A stretch of 64,000 bases of DNA from Acidimicrobiia bacterium (GTDB lineage Bacteria > Actinomycetota > Acidimicrobiia > Spongiisociales > JAHEDJ01). The translations under genes were made by a program, and so were the position numbers. The notes under the pieces were generated by a model, which was not told the DNA's origin, made no database searches, and worked only from the letters and a program-made list of their open reading frames with translations. Positions 26,610-35,906 of this stretch are shown here, in pieces; positions within the stretch are counted from its first letter, which is position 1; every line of letters begins with the position of its first letter. The DNA is taken from positions 1 to 64,000 of the forward strand of contig JARGFH010000002.1 of assembly GCA_029210695.1 (NCBI GenBank), written 5' to 3'.

Positions 26610-27737
26610 ATGGACGCCGATAAGACGGCGGATCTCGCCGGCCCCGGCATCGGCAACTACGCCGATCTCGCCAGAGAACTCCCCGACTCATACCAGTCGG
26701 ATCTCACCCCCCGGGAGACGATGGAAGCACTGTTCGCCGCCAAGCGCTCCATTGAGGACGGTCTTTGCCGCGAGTTGAATCTCACGATGGTGCAGGTTCC
26801 CTTGATCGTCGACGCGGCCAGCGGTGTCAACGACTACCTGGACCGCGACGGATCCCGCACACCAATCGAATTCCCGTGCGGGCTCGGTCTCGACCGACCT
26901 ATCACCGCCCAGGTAGTCCAGGCGGCCACGAAATGGAAGCGAATGGCGCTGCAGCAGTTCGACATGGCGCCCGGTGAGGGGATCTGCACCGACATGAAGG
27001 CGGTGCGGAAGGACTACTTCCTCGATCACGACCACAGCGCCTACGTGGACCAATGGGATTGGGAGAAGACAATCACCGCCGAGGACCGCACCCTCGACTA
27101 CCTCACCGGCGTCGTGAGCAAGATCTGGAAGGTTCTCTACGAAGCCGGCGAACTCGTTGCCGACATGTTCCCCCAACTGAAGGACGGGTATCCGAGGATT
27201 CCGGAGGAACTCACGTTCCTTCATGCTGAAGAGATCCTCGAGATGTTCCCGGATCTCCCCCGCAAAAAGCGTGAAACGGCCGTGCTGCAACAGTATCCGG
27301 CCGTGTTCATATACGGAATCGGATATACCCTCGCCGATGGCTATCCCCACGAGATGCGAGCCGCCGACTACGACGACTGGGTAACTGAAACGGTGTCGGC
27401 CGATGGGCGTCCAATGCACGGTCTCAACGGCGACATCCTGGTCTGGAATCCGATCACCAACCGGCGTCACGAACTGACCTCGATGGGCGTGCGGGTGACG
27501 AAGGAGACACTCCGCCGGCAACTCGAGATCACCGGTCAACTCGATTTCCTGAAGCTCCCCTATCACCAGGCCATCCTCAACGATGAGATTCCTCTCTCGA
27601 TAGGTGGTGGCATCGGCCAGTCGCGCACGTACATGTATCTTCTGCGCAAGGCTCATCTCGGCGAGGTCAGCGTCACCGTGTGGCCCGACGTCCTCAAAGA
27701 ACTCGGGGTTGCGAGGAACATCTTCGTGTTGGAATGA
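26610..27737 (+). CDS. asnA: Aspartate-ammonia ligase
   Basis: VVQAATKWKRMAL, HSAYVDQWDWE, RAADYDDW, GLNGDI and SIGGGIGQSR. Confidence 0.93.
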   Translation: MDADKTADLAGPGIGNYADLARELPDSYQSDLTPRETMEALFAAKRSIEDGLCRELNLTMVQVPLIVDAASGVNDYLDRDGSRTPIEFPCGLGLDRPITAQVVQAATKWKRMALQQFDMAPGEGICTDMKAVRKDYFLDHDHSAYVDQWDWEKTITAEDRTLDYLTGVVSKIWKVLYEAGELVADMFPQLKDGYPRIPEELTFLHAEEILEMFPDLPRKKRETAVLQQYPAVFIYGIGYTLADGYPHEMRAADYDDWVTETVSADGRPMHGLNGDILVWNPITNRRHELTSMGVRVTKETLRRQLEITGQLDFLKLPYHQAILNDEIPLSIGGGIGQSRTYMYLLRKAHLGEVSVTVWPDVLKELGVARNIFVLE

Positions 27738-27775
27738 TCCGCCCCACTGCACCCCGATCGACTAGCTTCGCACAC

Positions 27776-28327
27776 ATGAGATACAGGCGCAGTGTCACAC
27801 GGACGGTCATGACGTTGATGGTGCTCGGCGGCCTCCTGCTTGTCGGACTCGGAGCCGGGGCCGCGGTTGATGGACCATGCAGCGGGACGGTGACGATAGA
27901 CGGCGTCGTCTATTCAGAAGCGAACGACAACGCCGGCGATCCGATCGTCATCCCAGACGAAGACGGCTTGATCGCCTTCTGGGAAGGCTCGACAGAAGTG
28001 CCGATCACGGACTACACAGGGGAACTCGGCGTGGTGGTTGGCCCGGCGACGATCGACATAGCCTCTTGGAGTGGTGCAAACGCCAATCTGGAGACCGGAT
28101 CGGGCGGTTCTTACTTCATAGATGAGGCTCGCGACGTTCTTCCCATCAACCTCGTCGGCTTGTACGAAGTGTCCGGATTCCATCGCGGCGAAGGCGGGGA
28201 CTGTGACGGATCCGTCATGGTGCTGCTCGAGGGCAACCCGCTCGTCAACCCGGTCGGCGCCGGAGCCGCAGCCGGGACGGTCCTCGCCGGACTCGGTGTC
28301 CTATCGGCAGGAAGGAGGCGCCCATGA
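27776..28327 (+). CDS. Hypothetical exported protein with a C-terminal membrane anchor (start at 27776 or 27809)
   Basis: Hydrophobic N-terminus, two cysteines, and a hydrophobic C-terminus followed by RRR. Confidence 0.65.
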   Translation: MRYRRSVTRTVMTLMVLGGLLLVGLGAGAAVDGPCSGTVTIDGVVYSEANDNAGDPIVIPDEDGLIAFWEGSTEVPITDYTGELGVVVGPATIDIASWSGANANLETGSGGSYFIDEARDVLPINLVGLYEVSGFHRGEGGDCDGSVMVLLEGNPLVNPVGAGAAAGTVLAGLGVLSAGRRRP

Positions 28328-28503
28328 CCGGACGTCCATTCCTGGGAGCCGTCTCCGGCTTGTTTCTCGGCTTATTCGTCGCCCTCGACCTTCAACAGTT
28401 TGGCTTCAGACCACTAGACAGCTTCGGTGTCTTCGGTCTGCCACTCATCGGGCTCATCCTCGGTGCAGCCTTCGGGATGTGGGCACCACTCGGGAGAAAG
28501 TAG
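28324..28503 (+). CDS. 59-aa two-TM membrane protein (not in the ORF track)
   Basis: MTGRPFLGAVSGLFLGLFVALDLQQFGFRPLDSFGVFGLPLIGLILGAAFGMWAPLGRK. GGAGG RBS and ATGA overlap with the upstream gene. Confidence 0.75.
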   Translation: MTGRPFLGAVSGLFLGLFVALDLQQFGFRPLDSFGVFGLPLIGLILGAAFGMWAPLGRK

Positions 28504-28560
28504 TTCAAGGGCTAGCGGCTGTCCGTCGGCGCCGATCAACCGCTCGTGGGCGACTGCGCC

Positions 28561-29457
28561 TTACTCGCGCTCTTCCAGCTCCTCCAGCGTCTTCGGCCAG
28601 TCGCCTTTCAAGAGCCGCGACAGCGACCGATCAGCCAGGAGCTTTCCGCCGGTCTGGCAGGTCGCGCAGTAGTTGGTCTCGTTGGCGGCGTAGACGATGC
28701 GCTGGACTTTCGACCCGCACACAGGACACGGTTGGCCGTACTTGCCGTGGACGGCCATATCGACCCGAAAAGCCGTGACTCCCTTGTCCGGGAATCCACC
28801 GGCGGATTCCTCACGCAGCCGATCGGTCCACTCGATGAGCATTCGTTGCGTTGCGGTGAAGAGGCGTTCGATCTCATCACCGGCTAACCCGCTCGTCCTC
28901 TTGACCGGCGAGAGTTGGGCGGCGTGGAGGATCTCGTCGGAGTAGGCGTTGCCGATGCCCGAAAAGATGCGCGGGTCCGTCAGCGCTCGCTTGAGCGTGC
29001 GGTTCTCACGAGTGAGGGCATCGGCAAATCCACCGAGGTCAACATCGAGTGGCTCGACGCCGCCTCTGTCGTGTTCGGCGAGGCCCTCCTCTCCTCTCAC
29101 GATCCACACACCGGCCCGCTTCTTGGTGGCCGCCTCGCGCAGGAGGAGCGTTCCCGCCTCGAAATCCAGGGCGGCGAGCCCCACCTTCCTGGGAATGACC
29201 GCCCCGGGTTTCGCCCAGGCCAGCCGGCCGGAAATCATCAAGTGAACAACCAGGAAGAGTTCTTCGTCGAATTCGAAGACGATGCGCTTCCCTATCCGCC
29301 GGAGTGCCCGCACGCTCTGTCCCTCGACTGCAGACATCGGCGGATCGTAAGTGCGCAAGAGTTGCGGCGCCGTCACTCGAAAACGTCGCAGGACTTCTCC
29401 AACCACCCGCGTTTCGAGTGCCTCGATGTAGACGACGATGTCGGGCAGTTCGGGCAT
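28561..29457 (-). CDS. Fpg/Nei family DNA glycosylase
   Basis: MPELPD, R.GK, HLM.SG, GIGNAYSDEIL and a C-terminal CPVC...CATCQ zinc finger. Confidence 0.92.
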   Translation of the reverse strand: MPELPDIVVYIEALETRVVGEVLRRFRVTAPQLLRTYDPPMSAVEGQSVRALRRIGKRIVFEFDEELFLVVHLMISGRLAWAKPGAVIPRKVGLAALDFEAGTLLLREAATKKRAGVWIVRGEEGLAEHDRGGVEPLDVDLGGFADALTRENRTLKRALTDPRIFSGIGNAYSDEILHAAQLSPVKRTSGLAGDEIERLFTATQRMLIEWTDRLREESAGGFPDKGVTAFRVDMAVHGKYGQPCPVCGSKVQRIVYAANETNYCATCQTGGKLLADRSLSRLLKGDWPKTLEELEERE

Positions 29458-29510
29458 CGCAGTGGACGCTAGCCGTGCCGAAGGCCCGTCGGGTGGGTCT
29501 GCGGACGCAA

Positions 29511-30314
29511 CTACGCCCGCGCCACGACCTCGCCGTTGATGAAGATGAATACGCCGCCTGGATTCGTCGCCCAGTCCTGAAACCCTGTTCCGAGTTCCGC
29601 CAATTCTTCAGCGGTGCTCAACCCAAGCTCCTCGACCCGCTCGACGTACTTCGTGACCCCGGTCCGGCCTGCCCACAGATCGGCCCACCAGGTGCGACCT
29701 TCCTGCGTCGCGAACTGCCAACTCGAAGTGGTGTATACGGGACTGGAGAATCCGGCTGCCTGGACCCACGAGAGCAACCGTCGCCCGGCGTCGGGCTCTC
29801 CCCGATTGCACCGCGCAACCTGTCCGTAGATCTCAAACAACCGCACCACCCTTGCATCGACGGGATGGTGCGTCATCGTCCCGTAGTCGGCGTCCCTTAC
29901 CGCCACATGACCACCGGGCTTCAGCACCCGGAGGAATTCCCCCAGTGCATCGACAGGGCGCCCGAGATGTTGCAGGAGTTGGTGGGCATACACGACGTCG
30001 AATGAACCATCCGGAAACGCCAGATCGTAGGCGTCGCCCAACTGGAAGGACACGTTATCCACGCCTTCCGTATTGGCCCGGCTTCGCCCGTGCTCGAGCA
30101 CCGAAGCCGCGGCGTCGATTCCAACCACCTCACCATCGGGGACCCAACGAGCGAGACCACAAGTGATGGAACCCGGTCCACACCCGGCGTCGAGGATTCG
30201 CATCTGCGGCCGTATGTAAGGACGAACGAAGTCGGCTGCCTCCTCGGCCGTCCGGCGCCCGTGCGCATCCACCACCACCTGGTCGTGGGAGTGGGTGTAG
30301 ACCTCGTGCGGCAT
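29511..30314 (-). CDS. SAM-dependent methyltransferase
   Basis: ILDAGCGPGSIT, FPDGSFDVV and RVLKPGG. Confidence 0.9.
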   Translation of the reverse strand: MPHEVYTHSHDQVVVDAHGRRTAEEAADFVRPYIRPQMRILDAGCGPGSITCGLARWVPDGEVVGIDAAASVLEHGRSRANTEGVDNVSFQLGDAYDLAFPDGSFDVVYAHQLLQHLGRPVDALGEFLRVLKPGGHVAVRDADYGTMTHHPVDARVVRLFEIYGQVARCNRGEPDAGRRLLSWVQAAGFSSPVYTTSSWQFATQEGRTWWADLWAGRTGVTKYVERVEELGLSTAEELAELGTGFQDWATNPGGVFIFINGEVVARA

Positions 30315-30332
30315 CCCGTGAGTATGGCAGGA

Positions 30333-30366
30333 CACAGAAAGGGGCCGGCCCGGAGGCCGACCCCTT
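30333..30366 (-). terminator. Intrinsic terminator downstream of pnp
   Basis: Minus strand AAGGGGTCGGCC-TCCG-GGCCGGCCCCTT followed by TCTGTG. Confidence 0.75.
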
Positions 30367-30387
30367 GTCTTCAGATGATTGGTTCGT

Positions 30388-32853
30388 TCAGTCGTCGAGG
30401 CCTGACTCGAACTGGTCTTCGAAAGAGACCACCCGACGGCCCGGCTTGTCGGCGCCGGCCTGATCACGCTTCTCACTGCCGCGGTCACGGCTCGGGTTGC
30501 GATCGCGGCTCTCGCCGCCCCGACTTGGGTTGCGATCCCGATCGCGTCCGTCACGACTCTCGCCGCCTCGACTCGATCCGCGCTCACGGTCACGGCCGCC
30601 GCGGTCACGGCCACCACGATCACGACTGTCACCGCCGCCATCACGATCACGGCCACCACGATCCCGTTCAACTGCGGCCGGACGCTCGCCTGCGCCTTCC
30701 TTCGGCTCCAGGGGCGCCGCCAGGTCGAGGTTGACCTTGCCGGCCCGGTCGATCTCACGAACGATCACCTTGATCTTGTCACCGAGGGTCACGTAGTCAT
30801 CAACTCGCTCCACCCGGCGCTCTGCGTCGAGTTTCGAGATGTGGATGAGGCCGTCACGCCCGGGCAGGATGTTGACGAACGCTCCGAAGCTGGTGATGTT
30901 CACCACCTCACCGTCGTACGTTTCGCCGACTTCGGCCTCCGGCGGGAAGGCGATCTGCATCACCTTCTCCTTGGCTGCCGCCAAGGCATCGGCATCGTTG
31001 GTGCCGATGCGAACGATGCCGAAGGCTCCGTCCTCTTCGATCTCGATGGTGGCACCCGTGGTTTCTTCGAGCTCACGGATGTTCTTGCCCTTCGGGCCGA
31101 TGATCTCACCGATCTTGTCCTTGGGGATCTTCACGGCTTCGATGCGGGGCGCCCAGGCGTTCAGCTCCGGGCGGGGCCCGTCGATGGCATCATTCATGGC
31201 CTGGAGGATCGCCAGACGGGCCTCCTTGGCCTGGTCGAGCGCTGCCGCCAGTACCTCAGAGGGCAGACCCGATATCTTCGTGTCGAGCTGCAATGCCGTG
31301 ATGATGTCGGCCGTTCCCGCCACCTTGAAGTCCATGTCGCCCAGCGCGTCTTCGGCGCCGAGGATGTCGGTCAGGGTGACGAAGCCGCCCTCGTGGGCGA
31401 TCAGGCCCATGGCGATACCCGCCACCGGGGCGACGATAGGAACACCCGCATCCATCAACGAGAGGCTCGACGCGCAGACCGAAGCCATCGAACTCGAACC
31501 GTTCGACGACAACACCTCGGAAACGAGCCGCAACGCATAGGGGAACTCGTCGGCGGTCGGCACCACCGGCAGCACGGCCTTTTCGGCAAGTGCGCCGTGG
31601 CCAATCTCGCGACGCTTCGGACCGCGCATGAAGCCGGCCTCGCCCGTCGAGAACGGCGGGAAGTTGTAGTGGTGCATGTACCGCTTGGATTCCTCGATCG
31701 AGAGGGTGTCCAGCATCTGCTCCATCTTCAACATGCCCAGTGTCGCCAGGTTGAGCACCTGTGTCTCGCCTCGCTGGAACAGGCCGGAACCGTGGGTTCG
31801 GGGCACGACGCCGACGTCAACGGTCAACTCACGGAGATCACGCAGGCCACGGCCGTCGAGTCGGATTCCTTCGTTGACAACGCGCTCTCGCATCATCCTC
31901 TTCAGCACGCTACGAGCTGCTTTCTTGGCGGTGGCTAGTTCGGCTTCGTCCTCGATGGCGAGTTCCGTCAGGATTGCCTCAGTGGCCTCGTCCTCAGCTG
32001 CGTTGCGCTCCTGCTTTCCGGCGATCGTAACCACCGAGGCATACTTGGGACGAGCGACTTCTTCGACCCGGGCGGCCATTTCATCTGAGTAGTCGACGAG
32101 GAGCGGCCACTCGAATTCCGGAATGTCCACCTGGGCGGCCAGCTCGTTCTGAAGATCGATGAACTGGGCCACAAAGGCCTTCGCCTCTTCCAGTCCGCGG
32201 GCCACAGTCACCTCGTCACTGGCAGGCTGACCGTCGTTGATCAGTCGGACGCCGTCTTCGGTGGCTCCAGCCTCGACCATGATGATGTCGATCTCGCCGT
32301 TGGCATTTCGGCCGCCGGCGACCGTCAGCTCGAACACCGAGCCCTCGAGTTCCTCGTAGGTTGGTAGCGCGGTCCAATCGCCGTCTTTGAGCGACATGCG
32401 GACTGCACCGATCGGCCCCTCGAACGGAATCGACGAAACACTCAACGCCGCCGAAGCACCGTTGAGTGAGATGATGTCGTACGCATTGACGTTATCGACC
32501 GACAGGATGGTTCCCACGATCTGGGTCTCGCAGCGGAAGCCGTCCTTGAACGACGGGCGCAGAGGCCGATCGATCAGACGGCAGGTGAGAATGGCCCTTT
32601 CCGTAGCGCGTCCTTCGCGCCGGAAGAACGAGCCGGGGATCTTTCCTGCCGCGTACATGCGCTCTTCGATGTCAACGGTCAGTGGGAAGAAGTCGACGCC
32701 TTCGCGCATCTTCTTGTTGGCAGTGGCTGTGACGAGCACCTCAGTGTCGCCGAGGCGGATGGTGACTGCACCATCGGCCTGGCCGGCAAGCTTGCCGGTC
32801 GTGATCGTGACTTCCTTGTCACCGATCACTCCGCGTACCGAATATTCGGGCAC
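30388..32853 (-). CDS. pnp: Polyribonucleotide nucleotidyltransferase
   Basis: FFPLTVD, RLIDRPLRP, RREIGHGALAE and GDMDFKVAG, plus KH and S1 domains. GTG start with an AGAGGAG RBS. Confidence 0.97.
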   Translation of the reverse strand: MPEYSVRGVIGDKEVTITTGKLAGQADGAVTIRLGDTEVLVTATANKKMREGVDFFPLTVDIEERMYAAGKIPGSFFRREGRATERAILTCRLIDRPLRPSFKDGFRCETQIVGTILSVDNVNAYDIISLNGASAALSVSSIPFEGPIGAVRMSLKDGDWTALPTYEELEGSVFELTVAGGRNANGEIDIIMVEAGATEDGVRLINDGQPASDEVTVARGLEEAKAFVAQFIDLQNELAAQVDIPEFEWPLLVDYSDEMAARVEEVARPKYASVVTIAGKQERNAAEDEATEAILTELAIEDEAELATAKKAARSVLKRMMRERVVNEGIRLDGRGLRDLRELTVDVGVVPRTHGSGLFQRGETQVLNLATLGMLKMEQMLDTLSIEESKRYMHHYNFPPFSTGEAGFMRGPKRREIGHGALAEKAVLPVVPTADEFPYALRLVSEVLSSNGSSSMASVCASSLSLMDAGVPIVAPVAGIAMGLIAHEGGFVTLTDILGAEDALGDMDFKVAGTADIITALQLDTKISGLPSEVLAAALDQAKEARLAILQAMNDAIDGPRPELNAWAPRIEAVKIPKDKIGEIIGPKGKNIRELEETTGATIEIEEDGAFGIVRIGTNDADALAAAKEKVMQIAFPPEAEVGETYDGEVVNITSFGAFVNILPGRDGLIHISKLDAERRVERVDDYVTLGDKIKVIVREIDRAGKVNLDLAAPLEPKEGAGERPAAVERDRGGRDRDGGGDSRDRGGRDRGGRDRERGSSRGGESRDGRDRDRNPSRGGESRDRNPSRDRGSEKRDQAGADKPGRRVVSFEDQFESGLDD

Positions 32854-32880
32854 GCTGTCTCCTCTTGTATGGGAGGCGTT

Positions 32881-32934
32881 CCAATGGTCAGTCGTGGCCG
32901 CTCCTTCACTGAAGCGGTCGCCACTGACAACTGG
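32881..32934 (-). promoter_or_regulatory. Long imperfect hairpin in the pnp leader (probable RNase III site, Actino-pnp-like)
   Basis: CCAATGGTCAGTCGTGGCCGCT pairs imperfectly with AGCGGTCGCCACTGACAACTGG. The position matches the known rpsO-pnp intergenic hairpin of actinobacteria. Confidence 0.6.
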
Positions 32935-33043
32935 ACAACGCCCCCGTCGTGTTTCGAGATGATCCCGGCTGAAAGCCGGTACTGAATCGTTGAGTCCGTG
33001 TGGGATCAACGGCGAGGAGCGGCCGGAGCCGCTTCCTCGAGAA

Positions 33044-33301
33044 CTATCGGCGCAAGCCGAGTCGTGCGATGAGCTGTCGATATCGTTCGACGTCTTCGCG
33101 CTTCAGGTAGTTGAGCTGCCTGCGACGCTGGCCGACCATCATCAGCAGCCCGCGCCGGCTGTGGTGATCGTGCTTGTGGGTGCGGAGATGTTCGATCAGA
33201 TGATTGATGCGGTCACTCAGGAGGGCCACCTGGACCTCCGGTGAGCCGGTGTCACTGTCGTGCTGACCGTACTCCGAAATTATTTCTTTGGTCGTCTTCA
33301 T
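33044..33301 (-). CDS. rpsO: 30S ribosomal protein S15
   Basis: [12 protein letters not shown] and [20 protein letters not shown]. Confidence 0.98.
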   Translation of the reverse strand: MKTTKEIISEYGQHDSDTGSPEVQVALLSDRINHLIEHLRTHKHDHHSRRGLLMMVGQRRRQLNYLKREDVERYRQLIARLGLRR

Positions 33302-33436
33302 TTCACGCTTCGCTCAGAGGTTGGAAGGGATAGACCAGAGTGTAACAGCTGCGCGCGGTAGCGCCACAATCCGGGAGCAGCAGTGTACCGCGCAGGACGT
33401 AGTGTGACTGCAGAGCAAGCGACCCGTGATCCGCGC

Positions 33437-34363
33437 CTAGGCCAGCGCTGTACGGGCCGCCTCCACGTCACTCCCGATCTGAGCCACCAATGCGTCGATT
33501 CCCGCGAACCTCTGCTCATCCCGCAGTCGGCGCTCGAACAGCACTCCGATCTCCTTGCCGTACAACTCATCCTCGAAGTCGAGGAGGTGCGCTTCGATCA
33601 ACTCCTCCTCCCCGTCGAACGTGGGGCGTACTCCGATGTTCACCACCGCCGGAAACAACCGTGCCCCGACCCGGACCCTGGCCGCATAAACCCCGCGTAG
33701 CGGAATCGCCATGCCGGACGGAGGTTGCACGTTGGCGGTCGGGAACCCGATCGACCGGCCGCGGCGATCACCACCGATTACCTCGCCCCGGAGTTCGAAT
33801 GCCCGGCCCAACGCCTGGCGGGCGTCGTCGACGGCACCTTGAGCGATCATGGTCCGGATACTCGATGATGACACCGGGCCACGTCCCTCCAATAGCGGAA
33901 CAACATCTACCTCAAACCCGAATGCTGCTCCCCCGGTCCGCAGGCTTTCAACATCGCCGGCCCGGTCATGCCCGAATCGGAAGTTGGACCCGACGGCCAC
34001 TACCCGGGCGCCGAGACCGCGAGCCAGGACGTTTGAGACGAACTCCTGCGGTGTCATCGTTCGTACGTGTTCGAAGGGAAGAACACCAACAGTGTCCACA
34101 CCGAGATACTCGAGGATCTCGATCCGCTGCTCGATCGTGGTCAGCAAACGGGGGGCATGGTCCGGAGCCATCAACGCCATCGGATGGGGATCGAACGTCA
34201 GGACGGCTCTGGCGACACCGCCCAGCGCGCCGGCGCGTTCGGCCAGGTCGGCGAGCACCGTTTGATGGCCAAGGTGGACACCGTCGTAGTTTCCGATCGT
34301 GACTGCGAAACCGGAAGCCGTTGGCTCCGGCCAGGCGCGCGGATCGCCGTCGAGCACTCTCAC
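33437..34363 (-). CDS. ribF: Riboflavin kinase / FAD synthetase
   Basis: TIGNYDGVHLGH, GFPTAN and NIGVRPTF. Confidence 0.96.
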   Translation of the reverse strand: MRVLDGDPRAWPEPTASGFAVTIGNYDGVHLGHQTVLADLAERAGALGGVARAVLTFDPHPMALMAPDHAPRLLTTIEQRIEILEYLGVDTVGVLPFEHVRTMTPQEFVSNVLARGLGARVVAVGSNFRFGHDRAGDVESLRTGGAAFGFEVDVVPLLEGRGPVSSSSIRTMIAQGAVDDARQALGRAFELRGEVIGGDRRGRSIGFPTANVQPPSGMAIPLRGVYAARVRVGARLFPAVVNIGVRPTFDGEEELIEAHLLDFEDELYGKEIGVLFERRLRDEQRFAGIDALVAQIGSDVEAARTALA

Positions 34364-35244
34364 GCCAGGACAACCTCGGCGCGGGCCACCGCGCCGTTCG
34401 ATGCATAAACGCCGAGTAGCTCCCCGTATTCGTCGAACACGCAGAACGGGACTTCCCCCATCGAGGCCGGAACGAGGTCGAGGGACAACGATCGTCCGTT
34501 GCGAACTCCAAGCGCATCACGCCCGCTCACCACGACCTCCGGCAGCTCGCCTCCGAGCACCTGATTCATCGAAAGCACGGCGGCCTCGGCCGATTCCAGA
34601 TCTTCGAGGTCGTCGATCGTGTGGGCGTCTTCCACATGCAATGAACCCACCCTGGTCCGGCGCAACGCGATCAAGTGGGCGTCGCCGCCCAGCGCCCGAC
34701 CCATGTCGCTGGCGAGGGTCCGGATGTAGGTGCCGCTCCCGCACTCGACTCGCATCGTCACTTCGGGATAGCTTCCTGGGGCGAAATCGAGGACCTCGAT
34801 TTCAGTCACTGTGACCGGTCTCGCCTGACGCTCCACTTCCTTGCCCTCCCGGGCCAGGTCATAGAGACGGCGCCCGTCGATCTTGAGCGCCGAGACCATC
34901 GGCGGAACCTGCATGATTGTGCCGATGAACCTCGGAATGACGATCGCCAGATCGCCTTCCTCGAACTCCATCGGCGAGCGGCTCAGCACAGCGCCATCGG
35001 CATCGAGCGTATCCGTCGCCACTCCGAATTGGGCCGTGGCGATATAGGTCTTGGTCGTTTCCTGCACGTATCGAAGCATCCTGGTCGCCCGACCGACTCC
35101 CAGCACGACCAGGCCCGTCGCCATGGGGTCGAGGGTGCCGGAATGGCCAACCTTCTTCTGGCCGAGCAGGCGGCGCACTTTGGCCACCACATCGTGAGAC
35201 GTCCATCCGCCGCCCTTGTCGACGAGTACGAACCCGTCAATCAC
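34360..35244 (-). CDS. truB: tRNA pseudouridine(55) synthase
   Basis: TSHDVV, KVGHSGTLDPMATG and GTYIRTL. Confidence 0.96.
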   Translation of the reverse strand: MIDGFVLVDKGGGWTSHDVVAKVRRLLGQKKVGHSGTLDPMATGLVVLGVGRATRMLRYVQETTKTYIATAQFGVATDTLDADGAVLSRSPMEFEEGDLAIVIPRFIGTIMQVPPMVSALKIDGRRLYDLAREGKEVERQARPVTVTEIEVLDFAPGSYPEVTMRVECGSGTYIRTLASDMGRALGGDAHLIALRRTRVGSLHVEDAHTIDDLEDLESAEAAVLSMNQVLGGELPEVVVSGRDALGVRNGRSLSLDLVPASMGEVPFCVFDEYGELLGVYASNGAVARAEVVLA

Positions 35245-35611
35245 CGTCGGTATCCCCGGCGGCCGCGTCCTTCTCTTCGATCTCATGGAGGATGGCGGCA
35301 ATGTGGGCGCCTCGTTCGATCGCTTGATCTGCCACAAACTCCAGGCGCGGAGTGAACTTGAGGCGAATCTCATGGCCGACCTGAGTACGGATCTTCGACG
35401 ACGCCGCTCGAAGTGCCTCGAGAGACTCGTCTCGTTCTTCGGGGGCTCCGAGAACCGAGAAGAACACTCGGGCGTTGTGTAGGTCCGGTGATGTCTCTAC
35501 CCCGGTGATCGTCACGAACCCGAGGCGCGGATCCTTGAGGTCGGCCACATGCTCGGCAATCGCTTGTTTGAGGAGTGAGTTGACCCGCCGCATTCGATCT
35601 CCGCGACTCAT
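35237..35611 (-). CDS. rbfA: Ribosome-binding factor A
   Basis: LKDPRLGFVTIT.V..SPDL..A.VF and TPRLEF. Confidence 0.96.
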   Translation of the reverse strand: MSRGDRMRRVNSLLKQAIAEHVADLKDPRLGFVTITGVETSPDLHNARVFFSVLGAPEERDESLEALRAASSKIRTQVGHEIRLKFTPRLEFVADQAIERGAHIAAILHEIEEKDAAAGDTDGD

Positions 35612-35901
35612 TCCCGATCCTCCAGATGACTCACGCCGATCCCGATCACTTCGAGATCGACTCGTTCACTGAGCATTCGTCGCACCGTGGCGATTCGCTG
35701 TTCCAGCTCAGACGCATTGGTCGCAACGAGTGCTACTCCCACGGTAGACCGCTGCCAAACATCGTGATGATCGATCTCGGCAACCGACACCGACATCCGG
35801 TTCCGCAAATCTGCAGTGGCCGATTGCAGAACCCGCCGCTTCGCCTTCAGCGACCTGGCTTCCGGGATACGGAGTTCGATCCGCAGGGCTGCGGCGTGCA
35901 T
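35608..35901 (-). CDS. DUF503 (YlxP-like) protein
   Basis: SLKAKRRV and VSVAEIDHHDVWQR; lies between infB and rbfA. Confidence 0.9.
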   Translation of the reverse strand: MHAAALRIELRIPEARSLKAKRRVLQSATADLRNRMSVSVAEIDHHDVWQRSTVGVALVATNASELEQRIATVRRMLSERVDLEVIGIGVSHLEDRE

Positions 35902-35906
35902 GGCAC

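Noticed and set aside
26688..27752. Long antisense ORFs (here and over pnp, infB, nusA, proS and the HAD gene)
   Set aside because: Shadow frames are expected from high-GC codon bias and carry no protein motifs.
33302..33380. Possible S15 autoregulatory leader
   Set aside because: The position is plausible, but I could not define a convincing structure by eye.
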